From: Spirochaetota bacterium
GTDB taxonomy: Bacteria > Spirochaetota > UBA4802 > UBA5550
DNA: 64,000 nt
Assembly (NCBI GenBank): GCA_963663865.1
Contig: OY760686.1
Location: 1,952,001 to 2,016,000, forward strand
Direction of reading: 5' to 3'
The notes beneath the pieces were generated by a model, which saw only the letters and a program-made list of their open reading frames with translations, ran no database searches and had not been told where the DNA came from. Positions 28,726 to 38,623 of the stretch are shown in pieces (within the stretch, counting starts at the first letter, position 1; each line of letters starts with the position of its first letter). A program made the position numbers and the translations under genes.

Positions 28726-29724
28726 TTACTCGCTTTCAAATAGAACTGCACCTTGTTTCTCACTTTCCTTGTCGATAAATTCAAATTTGACAGTTCGTTC
28801 AATCCCCTCTAAAAGTGTTACTGGAGGCACAAAGCCTGTCTTTTCAATATTAATTGATGAGAACTGAGTGTCTTTACAGAATTTTTTTACCCTGATTGCG
28901 CTTACAGGGAATTCCTTCCCTGTCATTTTAGAAATTATATCCAGGCCAAAGCCTCCCGCAAAACCAAGAAAATACGGAATCCTGATGTTCAATGAAGATT
29001 TCTTTTCAAGTTTTTCATTCACCGTTTTGACAAGTTTGTTCATTGTGAGATCAGGCTTATCGATATAGTTAAACAAATGCTCGCTTTTTTTATTTTCAAG
29101 TGAGAACTGCAAAAACGCGGCTACATTCTCCACATAGGCCATTGACTTGACATTATCGCCCTTTCCTACCATAATGAAACGTCCTGAGGCCATTTGCCGG
29201 AGCAGGTTGTATACATTGCCCCTGTTTCTCTCGCCGAAGATAACCGTTGGCCGTACTATAGTAAGACAGCGCGTCTTATCCCCTGCAAGCCAGTTTCTGT
29301 AAACGCCTTCGGCAAGCATCTTTGTCCGGCCGTAGTTGTTAAAGGGGTTAAAAACGCCAGATTCATCAGTGTTCTTAGGAGCGAAGCCGTAGACGGCGAC
29401 TGAACTGGTAAATATTATCTTTTTTATTCCGAGCTTTTCAGCTGCTTTACAGACATTGGCTGCGCCGTCAACATTTACTTCATCGTACAAGCTTACAGGA
29501 GTAACATTGTCTTTATGCTCTGCGGCAAGATTGTATATTACATCGCAGTCTTTAAGCGGCTTGTGAAGTGATTTGTAATCACGAACATCCGCAAACTGCC
29601 ACAGCTCTGGATAGAAGTCGCTTTTGCGTTTATCTATGATTATCACTTTATGTTGTGCTTCAAGAAGCCTTTTAGTTAAACGGGTTCCCACAAAGCCGGA
29701 ACCGCCGATGATTGCAATTTTCAT
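28726..29724 (-). CDS. gnu: Gnu-like Und-PP-GlcNAc 4-epimerase (NAD-dependent epimerase)
   Basis: GGSGFVGTRL, LAAEHKDNVTPVSLY, RPTVIFGERNRGNVYNLL, KSMAYV, RVKKFC closely follow E. coli Gnu as recalled. Confidence 0.82.
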   Translation of the reverse strand: MKIAIIGGSGFVGTRLTKRLLEAQHKVIIIDKRKSDFYPELWQFADVRDYKSLHKPLKDCDVIYNLAAEHKDNVTPVSLYDEVNVDGAANVCKAAEKLGIKKIIFTSSVAVYGFAPKNTDESGVFNPFNNYGRTKMLAEGVYRNWLAGDKTRCLTIVRPTVIFGERNRGNVYNLLRQMASGRFIMVGKGDNVKSMAYVENVAAFLQFSLENKKSEHLFNYIDKPDLTMNKLVKTVNEKLEKKSSLNIRIPYFLGFAGGFGLDIISKMTGKEFPVSAIRVKKFCKDTQFSSINIEKTGFVPPVTLLEGIERTVKFEFIDKESEKQGAVLFESE

Positions 29725-30827
29725 TGTTTTTTCATCAAATCCTTATAAACTTTTTTTACTTTTTTTAATACTACATCATCTGAAAACAAATTATTAACTC
29801 TTTTTAAAGCGTTATTACCATATTCAATTCGTAGTTTCTTATTTGTTGACAATAAATCTATGGCCTTGGCTAACTTTTTTACATCTCCAGGAGGAACAGT
29901 TAACCCTGTCAAACCATGCTTACTAACCCATGGAACTCCAGTCGGTAAAGATGTGTTTATTATCGGTTTTGCATAAGCCATTGCTTCCAACTGCAGAATA
30001 CCAAAAGCTTCGCTAGGGTATTTTGACGGAAAGATAAACAATTCGGATTTTGATATTATATATTTTTTTTCTTCTTCAGATACATGTCTATTAATAAAAA
30101 CAATATTTAACTGTGGATTATTTTTCATAAATTGAAGCACTTTAACAGCCTCTTCGCCAGTGCCTACTATTACTAATGGAATATCGGATTTTAGCAACAA
30201 GTATGCTTGAAGAAGATCTTCTATTCCTTTATAATATGAAAGCCGACCTAAAAAAAGTATAAACCTTTTCGGTAATTTCATATCAATCTTCTTTACAATT
30301 TTATAATTATTCAGATTTATTGATAGTGGCAACACACATGCTTTGTCATTGAATTGATTTATAATCATTGAGTTAGCTTTTAATCTCGGTGATGTTGTCA
30401 AGATAACATCTGCTTTCTTACAGGCTTTTATTTGAAACCAATTTATAATCTTACCGAAAATCTTTTGACGTATAATGTCACTATGCCAGGTGATTATTAT
30501 TTTTGCTTTTGAAGGTAATAACGACAAAATAGTTCCAATAGGGAATGGCTCATGAAAATGAATAATGTCATACTTATTTTTATTAATAAAATATAATATT
30601 AATATAGAAAATGAAATAGGCATGGAGAAAAATGTGCCGATAGAAGAACATCTAATAATATTTACATTATTAATAATTTCTTTTTTTGTTTTCAGTTTAA
30701 AATGTTTCGATGCTACTAAAACATCAACCTCATCGACAGAAGAAAAATATTCAGCATATTGTTTAACAACTGATTCTATACCACCTATTTCTGGGTGGTA
30801 TATTTTATTGATGTAAAGAATTTTCAT
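29721..30827 (-). CDS. glycosyltransferase family 4
   Basis: YHPEIGGIE, FLGRLSYYKG, SEAFGILQLEAMAYAKP. Confidence 0.92.
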   Translation of the reverse strand: MKILYINKIYHPEIGGIESVVKQYAEYFSSVDEVDVLVASKHFKLKTKKEIINNVNIIRCSSIGTFFSMPISFSILILYFINKNKYDIIHFHEPFPIGTILSLLPSKAKIIITWHSDIIRQKIFGKIINWFQIKACKKADVILTTSPRLKANSMIINQFNDKACVLPLSINLNNYKIVKKIDMKLPKRFILFLGRLSYYKGIEDLLQAYLLLKSDIPLVIVGTGEEAVKVLQFMKNNPQLNIVFINRHVSEEEKKYIISKSELFIFPSKYPSEAFGILQLEAMAYAKPIINTSLPTGVPWVSKHGLTGLTVPPGDVKKLAKAIDLLSTNKKLRIEYGNNALKRVNNLFSDDVVLKKVKKVYKDLMKKQ

Positions 30828-31582
30828 TTTCTTACCAATCTAATAATAATTGCTATTATTAACTTTGCCCTAATTATTATTTTTTCATATAAACTATTGT
30901 TACTTTTAAAGCCAGAAGAAACATTGGAAGAATGCCTTCTATACATTATCAGTTTATCCTCAATGAAAATAGTTTCACCGAAAATTTCTGATACAAGCCC
31001 AATCCAAATATCATGTAAAGTAATATATTTTGGAAATGGTAAAGAGAGTTCTAATATATTTTTATTGAATGCCATGCAACAACCGTGATATGAACCATGT
31101 AAAATATTTGCAATAATTCCAGGTTTTGATGAATTAATCTCATAATATGATTCGTGTAGATAATTCGAATTTTCGTCAATAATTATTGCATCACTAACTA
31201 CACAATCATATTGCTTCAAATATTTAAGCATAATCGAAATTTTGTTTTCACACCAAACATCATCCTGATCGGCTAAAAAAATATAATCTCCGCTTGAATT
31301 TATTAGTGCATTTTCAAAATTATTCTTTGCTTTATTCCAAGCCAATTCTTTTTTTGTTTTATTATTTTTTATACTTTGTGGTCCAATTCTTGTTGAATTA
31401 TTTTTTACAATCTTTATACGTTCATCATTAAAATCTTTAATTATGTTTATTGTATTATCAGTTGATAAATCATCTGAAATAATTATTTCATCGTTATCAG
31501 AAATTTGTTTCAATATAGATAATAATTGATCATGGATATATCTTTCTCCATTATAAGTTGCCATACATACAGATATTTTCAT
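30824..31582 (-). CDS. glycosyltransferase family 2
   Basis: ISVCMATYNGE, SDDLSTDNT, LADQDDVW, HDIWI, YRRH. Confidence 0.92.
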   Translation of the reverse strand: MKISVCMATYNGERYIHDQLLSILKQISDNDEIIISDDLSTDNTINIIKDFNDERIKIVKNNSTRIGPQSIKNNKTKKELAWNKAKNNFENALINSSGDYIFLADQDDVWCENKISIMLKYLKQYDCVVSDAIIIDENSNYLHESYYEINSSKPGIIANILHGSYHGCCMAFNKNILELSLPFPKYITLHDIWIGLVSEIFGETIFIEDKLIMYRRHSSNVSSGFKSNNSLYEKIIIRAKLIIAIIIRLVRK

Positions 31583-31597
31583 ATAATTGTATGAGAA

Positions 31598-32491
31598 TCA
31601 ACTTCTCCTCTCTCTCCTCCCCATATTTTTCTTTAAACCATCATAGACACCTTGAAGCATGGTTGTGAAATTTACCAAACGAGGTTTATTTAGTAATGTA
31701 TAAGCTACAATGTACTCTATCACTTTTACAACAATACCAAACCTGCAAGCTATTGAAATATTTTTATTATTTATTGCCAAAAATATTCCATTCCTTGTCA
31801 TATAATAATATCTTTCTGAAGATCGAAGTATTCTATTATTTACCGTAATATTACCTAAAGTATGTTTTATCGTAATACCGTAATGTCCAATAATCCTAAA
31901 GCCTTTATTTTTTGCTCTCCAACACCATTCAGAATCAACCCAATCAATGAATAAATTTTCATCCATTAATCCAATTAATAGTAAAGCCTCTGTTTTAATA
32001 ATTTGGCCTGAAGCAATAACCTCAAAGGCATCAACTACATTATCCTTTCTTTTCGACCTTTTAATAAATAAAGATCGTTTGATAATAAAATCATTTACTA
32101 TTTTTTTGTTACAATCATAAAATGCTGGAGATATTGAGCAAATGGAATTTCCATTTTCAAGCTCTTTATATAATCCAATCATTTTATTAATATAATTATT
32201 AGGATAAATTGTATCTTGATCGGATAATAAAATATAGTTACACCTGTTATCTAATGCCGCTTTTATACCAATATTTTGAGCTAAAGCTATCCCCATGTTT
32301 TTTTTTAGAGAAATAATTTCAATTTTAGCTGGATTAATATTTTTATATTCTTTATAGAATTTTGTGTTGATTTCTTCATGTGGCGTGTTGTCAACTACAA
32401 AAATTTTGTTTATTTGAGATTCTAAACTTTCAATGGTTCTAATGATTTGCTTAAAATCGGGTTTATAAGTAACTATGACTGCATTTACCAT
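31598..32491 (-). CDS. GT2 rhamnosyltransferase-like
   Basis: VIVTYKPD, VVDN, NMGIALAQNIG, SDQDT, IASG, FIDWVDSEWCWR, RYYYMTRN. Confidence 0.88.
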   Translation of the reverse strand: MVNAVIVTYKPDFKQIIRTIESLESQINKIFVVDNTPHEEINTKFYKEYKNINPAKIEIISLKKNMGIALAQNIGIKAALDNRCNYILLSDQDTIYPNNYINKMIGLYKELENGNSICSISPAFYDCNKKIVNDFIIKRSLFIKRSKRKDNVVDAFEVIASGQIIKTEALLLIGLMDENLFIDWVDSEWCWRAKNKGFRIIGHYGITIKHTLGNITVNNRILRSSERYYYMTRNGIFLAINNKNISIACRFGIVVKVIEYIVAYTLLNKPRLVNFTTMLQGVYDGLKKNMGRRERRS

Positions 32492-32510
32492 TATGATGAT
32501 TTATTACCTG

Positions 32511-33521
32511 TTAAATATTTAATAACTTCTGAATAAATAAATAGTTGTATAACATACCCAATGAATAAAAAATTATAATTGATGTTACTATTATTTTTTG
32601 TTTAAAAATACGAATCATAGAAGGAAGTAATACTATAAGAACAACACCAATAAACTCAGATATTCTAAAGGCAAGAATCGGAAAAAATGAAAAGGAATAA
32701 AATACAAAAATCATAATACTAAGCAATTTAACTTGAATGATGTACTTGGAAATATAATAAATATTAAACACAAGTATAATATTTATGGCAATTAAGCTTA
32801 TATAATAAATATTTAACAAATTTATTTCACTCATATCTCCGTACTGTAAAACTTGATAATAAAGCTTCACTTTACCACCAATACCTTCTGGTATTATATT
32901 TAAAAATTTTAGAAAAAAATATTCAATAAAGTTTATCTTAGCTAAAAGGATTCCCAAAAATGGCAAGAAAACATAAAATAAACGATTTATTTTTTTTGGA
33001 TTCAAACAATACAAAGGAACCATTACTAATGAAGAATAATGGAATAAAGTTGCGAGCAAAACCTTGAAGAAATAATTTTTATAATTCCTATTTACAATGT
33101 TTGGTAAAGATAATAAAAAAATTCCTGCTGCAACTCCAGCTCGAATTTGCGTCATTTCATGAAGAATGAAATATAATGACATGTATATTATTAAGCTTAA
33201 GTACGGGAATTCAGATATTTTTTTAATAGTATAAAATTTAATAATTACACCTAAAAATGCAAATATAAAAAATACTCCCCTTACTTGATCAAAAAAAATG
33301 TATTTCGAAATTATTGCAATTAAAATAAAAAATGGTTCTTTATCAATTAAACTTAGAGGATTAGAATAATCCAAATTTATAATTATATTATAGTACTGTA
33401 TTGAATCACGATCAAAACCGACATTTCTAAGTCCAGCTATTAAAACAATAAAAATAATAATCAAACAACCAATAATTGTTTCAAACAAAAAAGGTCTATT
33501 TTTAATATTTAGTTTGTTCAT
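32511..33521 (-). CDS. wzy: EpsG-family polysaccharide polymerase (Wzy)
   Basis: Multi-TM; GLRNVGFDRD..QY, KEP.F, TQIRAGVA, LFHYS. Confidence 0.85.
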   Translation of the reverse strand: MNKLNIKNRPFLFETIIGCLIIIFIVLIAGLRNVGFDRDSIQYYNIIINLDYSNPLSLIDKEPFFILIAIISKYIFFDQVRGVFFIFAFLGVIIKFYTIKKISEFPYLSLIIYMSLYFILHEMTQIRAGVAAGIFLLSLPNIVNRNYKNYFFKVLLATLFHYSSLVMVPLYCLNPKKINRLFYVFLPFLGILLAKINFIEYFFLKFLNIIPEGIGGKVKLYYQVLQYGDMSEINLLNIYYISLIAINIILVFNIYYISKYIIQVKLLSIMIFVFYSFSFFPILAFRISEFIGVVLIVLLPSMIRIFKQKIIVTSIIIFYSLGMLYNYLFIQKLLNI

Positions 33522-33606
33522 TCGACTATTATTTATTTAGAAGTACTAATCTTTATGATTTGTTTGTTGATTATTTATAAACATGTATAATTGTTTATAA
33601 ATAAAT

Positions 33607-34686
33607 TTATCTTATCCAATCTAGTATTTTATATAATTCAACATTCTTTATAAGATCTTCAGCTAATATTTTATTTTTAGCGCTTTTATCTGGGGTTAGA
33701 CATACTTCATCATCATATATATCAATTCTTTCATATTGTTGTTCATAAAAATCACCAATATATGGTGATAATACTATAGGCTTTAAACCATAATATAAAT
33801 ACTCAATCATCTTTGTCGGACAGGCAACTTTATTTAGTATATGATCGTCCCTTACAATAAAACCATAGTGAGCTATTGAATAATACTTGAAAAGTTGTTC
33901 TGGTGGAACACTTTCAACTACAATTCTTGATTGTTTTATTTTTTTGTTTTTTATAATATTCTTTACTGTAATTATATCATTACTCAAAACAATAAAAACA
34001 ATTTTTTTGTTGTCATGTCGTTCAACATAATCGACAATTTTTTCAAAGTTCTGCCATTTTTGCAAATTACCAGCATACAGCAATATAACTTGTTCCTCTA
34101 AAATATGCATATCTTTTCTAATCGAACTAATATTAATATTATTTTGTGTTAATAAATTTTGAGGTATTATTGGATAAATTATATTGTTTTTTTTATTTAC
34201 ATTTATATATTTTCTTTCATAGTAATATTTCATTTGTTTATTGACATAAATTAAAGCGTAAGCTGCAGAAAAACACTTTTTTTCGATTATCTTCATCATC
34301 AGACTTTTTATTTTCAGACCCATGAACTCCAGTTCCTCTGGTACAGCTCCATGTATATCAAGTATAATTTTATTTCTTTTTAAATTATGAAAATATAAAC
34401 ATCTCATATTATATATTGAATGAACATATATCGAACTTGTTTTCTTTAATATTTTATTAATAAAAAATAGCGAAAAGAATATATTTGCTTTTATTACAGT
34501 CACATCGTTGTTAATGTTTTGTTGCTTTATTCTAATATTTTTGGTAAATGATAATTCTAAATATATTCTTTTTTTATCGTTTAGTATATTATCAATTTTG
34601 TAGATTCTCTGAAGCATACCATCTTTAATATTTTCTTCTGTTGGAAACGGTGAAAGTATTAACATTGGTGAATCATTATTCTTCAT
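33607..34686 (-). CDS. GT-B fold glycosyltransferase
   Basis: LDIHGAVPEE, YAGNLQKWQ, NKVACPTKMIEYL. Confidence 0.8.
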   Translation of the reverse strand: MKNNDSPMLILSPFPTEENIKDGMLQRIYKIDNILNDKKRIYLELSFTKNIRIKQQNINNDVTVIKANIFFSLFFINKILKKTSSIYVHSIYNMRCLYFHNLKRNKIILDIHGAVPEELEFMGLKIKSLMMKIIEKKCFSAAYALIYVNKQMKYYYERKYINVNKKNNIIYPIIPQNLLTQNNINISSIRKDMHILEEQVILLYAGNLQKWQNFEKIVDYVERHDNKKIVFIVLSNDIITVKNIIKNKKIKQSRIVVESVPPEQLFKYYSIAHYGFIVRDDHILNKVACPTKMIEYLYYGLKPIVLSPYIGDFYEQQYERIDIYDDEVCLTPDKSAKNKILAEDLIKNVELYKILDWIR

Positions 34687-34701
34687 TACAGTGCCTATTC
34701 T

Positions 34702-36087
34702 TTAATTTGTTTTCGATTTTTTATTTGTTAGAATTCTAAAGACAATAACAGCTTGTAACAATAAATGCACAATATATGCAAACAAATTAGCTAATGCTAA
34801 TCCTTTAGCCCCTTTATCAATGTATTTATAAGTTGTAATGAACAAAACAATCGCCCATTGCATGTTTAATGCAGCTCCCCACCACATTTTATTCATACTA
34901 GCAATTGCCTGACCCAAAAGACTTACAGATGAATTTATTAAAGTGGAAATAACAATAATTATTAATACAATTTTTCCCTCAAGAAAATCTTTTCCGTACG
35001 ATTCCATAATAAAGCCTGACAATGGAATAATAGTTAGTGTAATAACAGTCGAAATAATAAAATTTAAAAAAAGATTTATACTAAGAACTTTTTTGAACTT
35101 ATATAGACTTTTTTCTGAGTACAAATTTGATAAAATTGGCAATATCATCGAACCTAGTATTGCGGGAATAAAAAGAATGGCACTTCTCCATTGATTAGCT
35201 GCATTTATCAATGCCATTTCAGAGTATCCATTTGGCATTTTTACCAACATTGAATAGCATATCCAATTTACTGGGGCGACCAAAACTGAACTTAATGTAG
35301 CAGGAATACTAAATTTCCAAATAATTGATATTTGATCGAAACAATGCTTATAATTTTTCTTGATGGAATTTTGATCTAAAACATTTTTTATGGCTAATGA
35401 ATTTAGGGATATATTAACAATAGAGTTAATAATTGTACCAACTACTGCCCCCTCTAGATGGAAAAAAAAGCCACCTATTGTCAAAGCCGGCAATGATACT
35501 AACGCTGAAATAACGTTAATTTGTGCAATTTTTTTAAAACTTTCAAAACCCGATAAAATACCAATTTGAATACCGACAATTGCATTTGCAAACAACAACA
35601 AAGAACTAATTTTTAAAGTATTAGATAATTCTGACGCTGACAAACTACTTGTTGCAATTTCATTAGAAAATATAAATAAAACTAATGAGATTAAAAAGGC
35701 TGATGATATTGCTATAACATCTGATAAAGCTACAATTTTCCCAACTTTAACTTTATCAATATTTCTATATTCGGAGATATATTTTGTTGCTGTCATCCCC
35801 AATCCAAAACCAGCAAAGACTCCAAACATCCCTACAGTACTTTGTATCATACCAAATTGACCGTAAGTTGTCTTACCAAGTAATCTAGCAATAATAATGG
35901 ATGTTAATAAGACAAATCCTTTTGAAACAACTGCTCCTAATAAAGACCAAAATGACCCATGAAAAACACGATATGCTAGTGGACTGCTTCTGATTTTTTT
36001 TTCCCAGATATTTATAGCTGGGGAAGGAATGATTGTTTTTATTTTTCTCTTTATATATTTATTCATTAAAACATAAACTAACAACAT
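34702..36087 (-). CDS. wzx: Wzx oligosaccharide flippase
   Basis: About 12 TM helices; IIARLLGKTTYGQFG, GFGLGMTATKYISEY. Confidence 0.9.
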   Translation of the reverse strand: MLLVYVLMNKYIKRKIKTIIPSPAINIWEKKIRSSPLAYRVFHGSFWSLLGAVVSKGFVLLTSIIIARLLGKTTYGQFGMIQSTVGMFGVFAGFGLGMTATKYISEYRNIDKVKVGKIVALSDVIAISSAFLISLVLFIFSNEIATSSLSASELSNTLKISSLLLFANAIVGIQIGILSGFESFKKIAQINVISALVSLPALTIGGFFFHLEGAVVGTIINSIVNISLNSLAIKNVLDQNSIKKNYKHCFDQISIIWKFSIPATLSSVLVAPVNWICYSMLVKMPNGYSEMALINAANQWRSAILFIPAILGSMILPILSNLYSEKSLYKFKKVLSINLFLNFIISTVITLTIIPLSGFIMESYGKDFLEGKIVLIIIVISTLINSSVSLLGQAIASMNKMWWGAALNMQWAIVLFITTYKYIDKGAKGLALANLFAYIVHLLLQAVIVFRILTNKKSKTN

Positions 36088-37208
36088 TAAAATTGCAATT
36101 CACGAAAGATCTTCACAATATTTTTGCTTGTTTCTCCATCACCATAAGGATTTACTGCATTAGCCATTTTTATATATTCATCATTTTCGTTTAACAGCAA
36201 ATTCGCTGTATTAACTATTTTATTCTTGTCTGTTCCAACCAGAATGGCAGTTCCAGCCTCCACCCCCTCCTGTCTCTCAGTAACATCTCGCATGACAAGG
36301 ACGGGCTTACCTAGTGACGGAGCTTCTTCCTGAATTCCACCCGAGTCTGTGAGTACCATATATGATTTGCTCATCAGCCATATCAAGTATGGATAGTCAA
36401 GCGGACTTACAAGATGTACTCTTTCAACATTTTTCAATATTCTGTTTACCGGTTCTCTCACATTAGGGTTTAAGTGAACTGGATAAACAATTTGAACATC
36501 TTTATTTCGCTCAACAATCTCAGTAATTGCATTACAAATATTTTCAAAAGCATCTCCAAAACTTTCTCGCCTATGACCAGTAACTAATATTATTTTTTTA
36601 TTACAATCAAGAAAATCAAAACGTTTAAAATACTCTTCTTCGCCTTGTTTTTTTATCAAACTCAAACCGAGATATAGAGCGTCTATAACAGTATTGCCAA
36701 CATTATAAATGTTTTTGAAAATACCCTCCGATTTTAAATTTTCAACTGCTCGACTGGTTGGTGCAAAGTGGTAGTCTGTTATATGTGCTGTAAGTTTTCT
36801 ATTTCCTTCTTCTGGAAAAGGTGAATATAAATCTCCACTTCTAAGACCTGCTTCAAGATGAGCAATTTTTACTTTTTTATAAAAAGCTGCCAGAGCACCT
36901 GCTAAAACTGTAGTTGTATCACCTTGCACAAAAACCAAGTCAGGTTTACATTCTTCAATAACACTTTCTAAACCTTTTAGTACGTTAGCCGTAACATCAA
37001 AAAGTGACTGACCAGGTTTCATCACGTTTAGATCGTAATCTGGAATTATTTGAAAAAAGGACAAAACCTGATCGAGCATTTCCCGATGCTGGGCTGTTAC
37101 ACAGATAATTATTTCAAAATAATCATTATTTTTTTTAAATTCTTTAACAAGGGGCGCCATTTTAATAGCTTCAGGACGAGTTCCAAATATAAATAGGATT
37201 TTTTTCAT
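36087..37208 (-). CDS. wecB: UDP-N-acetylglucosamine 2-epimerase (non-hydrolysing)
   Basis: FGTRPEAIKMAP, TAQHREMLDQ, QGDTTT, HLEAGLRS, TGHRRE, TDSGGIQEEAP, NPYGDG. Confidence 0.96.
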   Translation of the reverse strand: MKKILFIFGTRPEAIKMAPLVKEFKKNNDYFEIIICVTAQHREMLDQVLSFFQIIPDYDLNVMKPGQSLFDVTANVLKGLESVIEECKPDLVFVQGDTTTVLAGALAAFYKKVKIAHLEAGLRSGDLYSPFPEEGNRKLTAHITDYHFAPTSRAVENLKSEGIFKNIYNVGNTVIDALYLGLSLIKKQGEEEYFKRFDFLDCNKKIILVTGHRRESFGDAFENICNAITEIVERNKDVQIVYPVHLNPNVREPVNRILKNVERVHLVSPLDYPYLIWLMSKSYMVLTDSGGIQEEAPSLGKPVLVMRDVTERQEGVEAGTAILVGTDKNKIVNTANLLLNENDEYIKMANAVNPYGDGETSKNIVKIFRELQF

Positions 37209-37227
37209 TATTTAACCTTAGATAAAT

Positions 37228-37884
37228 TCAAATTTTGTCGAGATTTTCAAAAACATACATTATTTGTTTAGGCTGTCGAAGTATTTTTTTGCCAATAAAT
37301 GGGCGAATTATATTTTTAATTAATATTTGCTTAATATATGTTAAACCGTAATAGGACCATCCATGGCATGAATACACCACGACTTGACTCTTATTAAGCT
37401 TTGGAAAAGAAGTCATTGTATATGTATTGATATGTTCAGAATTATATTGCAGGTTTTCACGATAAGGTACGATGACAATTAGTTGCTTACACTTCTTCAA
37501 TAATGATTCGGCAATAACTTGATCATTAGACAAGTGTTCAAAAACATTTGAAGCTATAATAATATCTACAGAAGGAACATCTGCGCATTCCCCTTGATAG
37601 AATTCTGCAATTTCTCCATATTTTTCCCTGCACATATCTACTGCAGAAGAAGAAATATCCATCCCTTTCAAAGAAGCTAAAGGAAAAGCATTATGATAAC
37701 AAGGAATGCTATCGCCAAGGGCACATCCAAAATCCATAATTGTTCCTGTGAAATCTTTACTAATAGGCAAATATTTTATATATCCAAGTGCAAACGATTT
37801 AGTTTGATAGCGTCCTTTCTTGTTTTCCCAATCACCAGAGCTGAATCTGTTATCCCAGTAATCTTTTGTATTAACATTACTCAT
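37228..37884 (-). CDS. class I SAM-dependent methyltransferase in the polysaccharide locus
   Basis: NTKDYWD, MDFGCALG, GMDIS, SNVFEHL, VP...EHI. Confidence 0.85.
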   Translation of the reverse strand: MSNVNTKDYWDNRFSSGDWENKKGRYQTKSFALGYIKYLPISKDFTGTIMDFGCALGDSIPCYHNAFPLASLKGMDISSSAVDMCREKYGEIAEFYQGECADVPSVDIIIASNVFEHLSNDQVIAESLLKKCKQLIVIVPYRENLQYNSEHINTYTMTSFPKLNKSQVVVYSCHGWSYYGLTYIKQILIKNIIRPFIGKKILRQPKQIMYVFENLDKI

Positions 37885-38132
37885 CAAATATACCCTCTCC
37901 ATCTTCCATCTTTTCTTGCAACACACATCTCTGTTAGTAATCCAAATTGCCGCGTAGTTTTACAAACATCACATACTTCTTCAATATCAGAAGAGTGAAA
38001 GATCAGCTAATTATTTTTTAAATATCCATACGAAGAATTTAAGAGAATATAAGCTGATTGTGTGACTAAACTTCTTTCTAAAATGCTTCTATAACAATCT
38101 ATTTTTATTCTTTTGAAATATTTTTTATTCAA
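37884..38132 (-). pseudogene. possible gene remnant, 83-codon frame broken by one TAG (38007-38009)
   Basis: Frame ends in TGA overlapping the next ATG (TGATG); no family recognised. Confidence 0.3.
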
Positions 38133-38148
38133 TTACTCTTATTATTCT

Positions 38149-38450
38149 TCACATCCTCACCCCGGTTCTCAAAGCTTCCTTAACGACCAGTCTTGAATCG
38201 GCTTCAGCGTCAGGTGTTACAACCATATCAATCTTCTGGTCGCCTATGGCAAACTGAATTTTTGTAATAGCCTTTACTATACGGGATTCTGCTTCGATAC
38301 CGCTGTATGGCGCTTTCACAAGCAGATCAATGTCGCCGCCGTTTTTTGTGTCATCAACTCGTAAACCGAAAAGATAAAGCTCAACATCGCTACCAAACTG
38401 CGATAAAACAATCTCTTTAGTTTTAGTTTTTGAAAATCAGTCAGGCGCAT
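38149..38450 (-). pseudogene. frameshifted minimal nucleotidyltransferase (MNT antitoxin-type)
   Basis: MRLTDFQK, then a shifted frame KEIVLSQFGSDVELYLFGLRVDDTKNGGDIDLLV...GDQKIDMVV...EALRTGVRM*; shift within AAAACTAAAACTAAA; absent from the ORF track. Confidence 0.8.
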
Positions 38451-38623
38451 TTCTTACCTTTAAAGACTCATCCCAACAATATTAGAATGATAAACTCTTA
38501 GATTATTTTTTCTACATCAATATTACCGGCAATTTTTTCAGCAATACGCCCGGCTTCTCTGTTCACTTCTGGAATCATTTATCAACCTCATATAACGAAA
38601 TGACCAAAAGAGTCACACTCCGC

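Noticed and set aside
38007-38009. Pyrrolysine or stop-codon readthrough at the in-frame TAG
   Set aside because: No pyl genes, no recognisable protein, and it lies beside a clear pseudogene; decay is the simpler explanation
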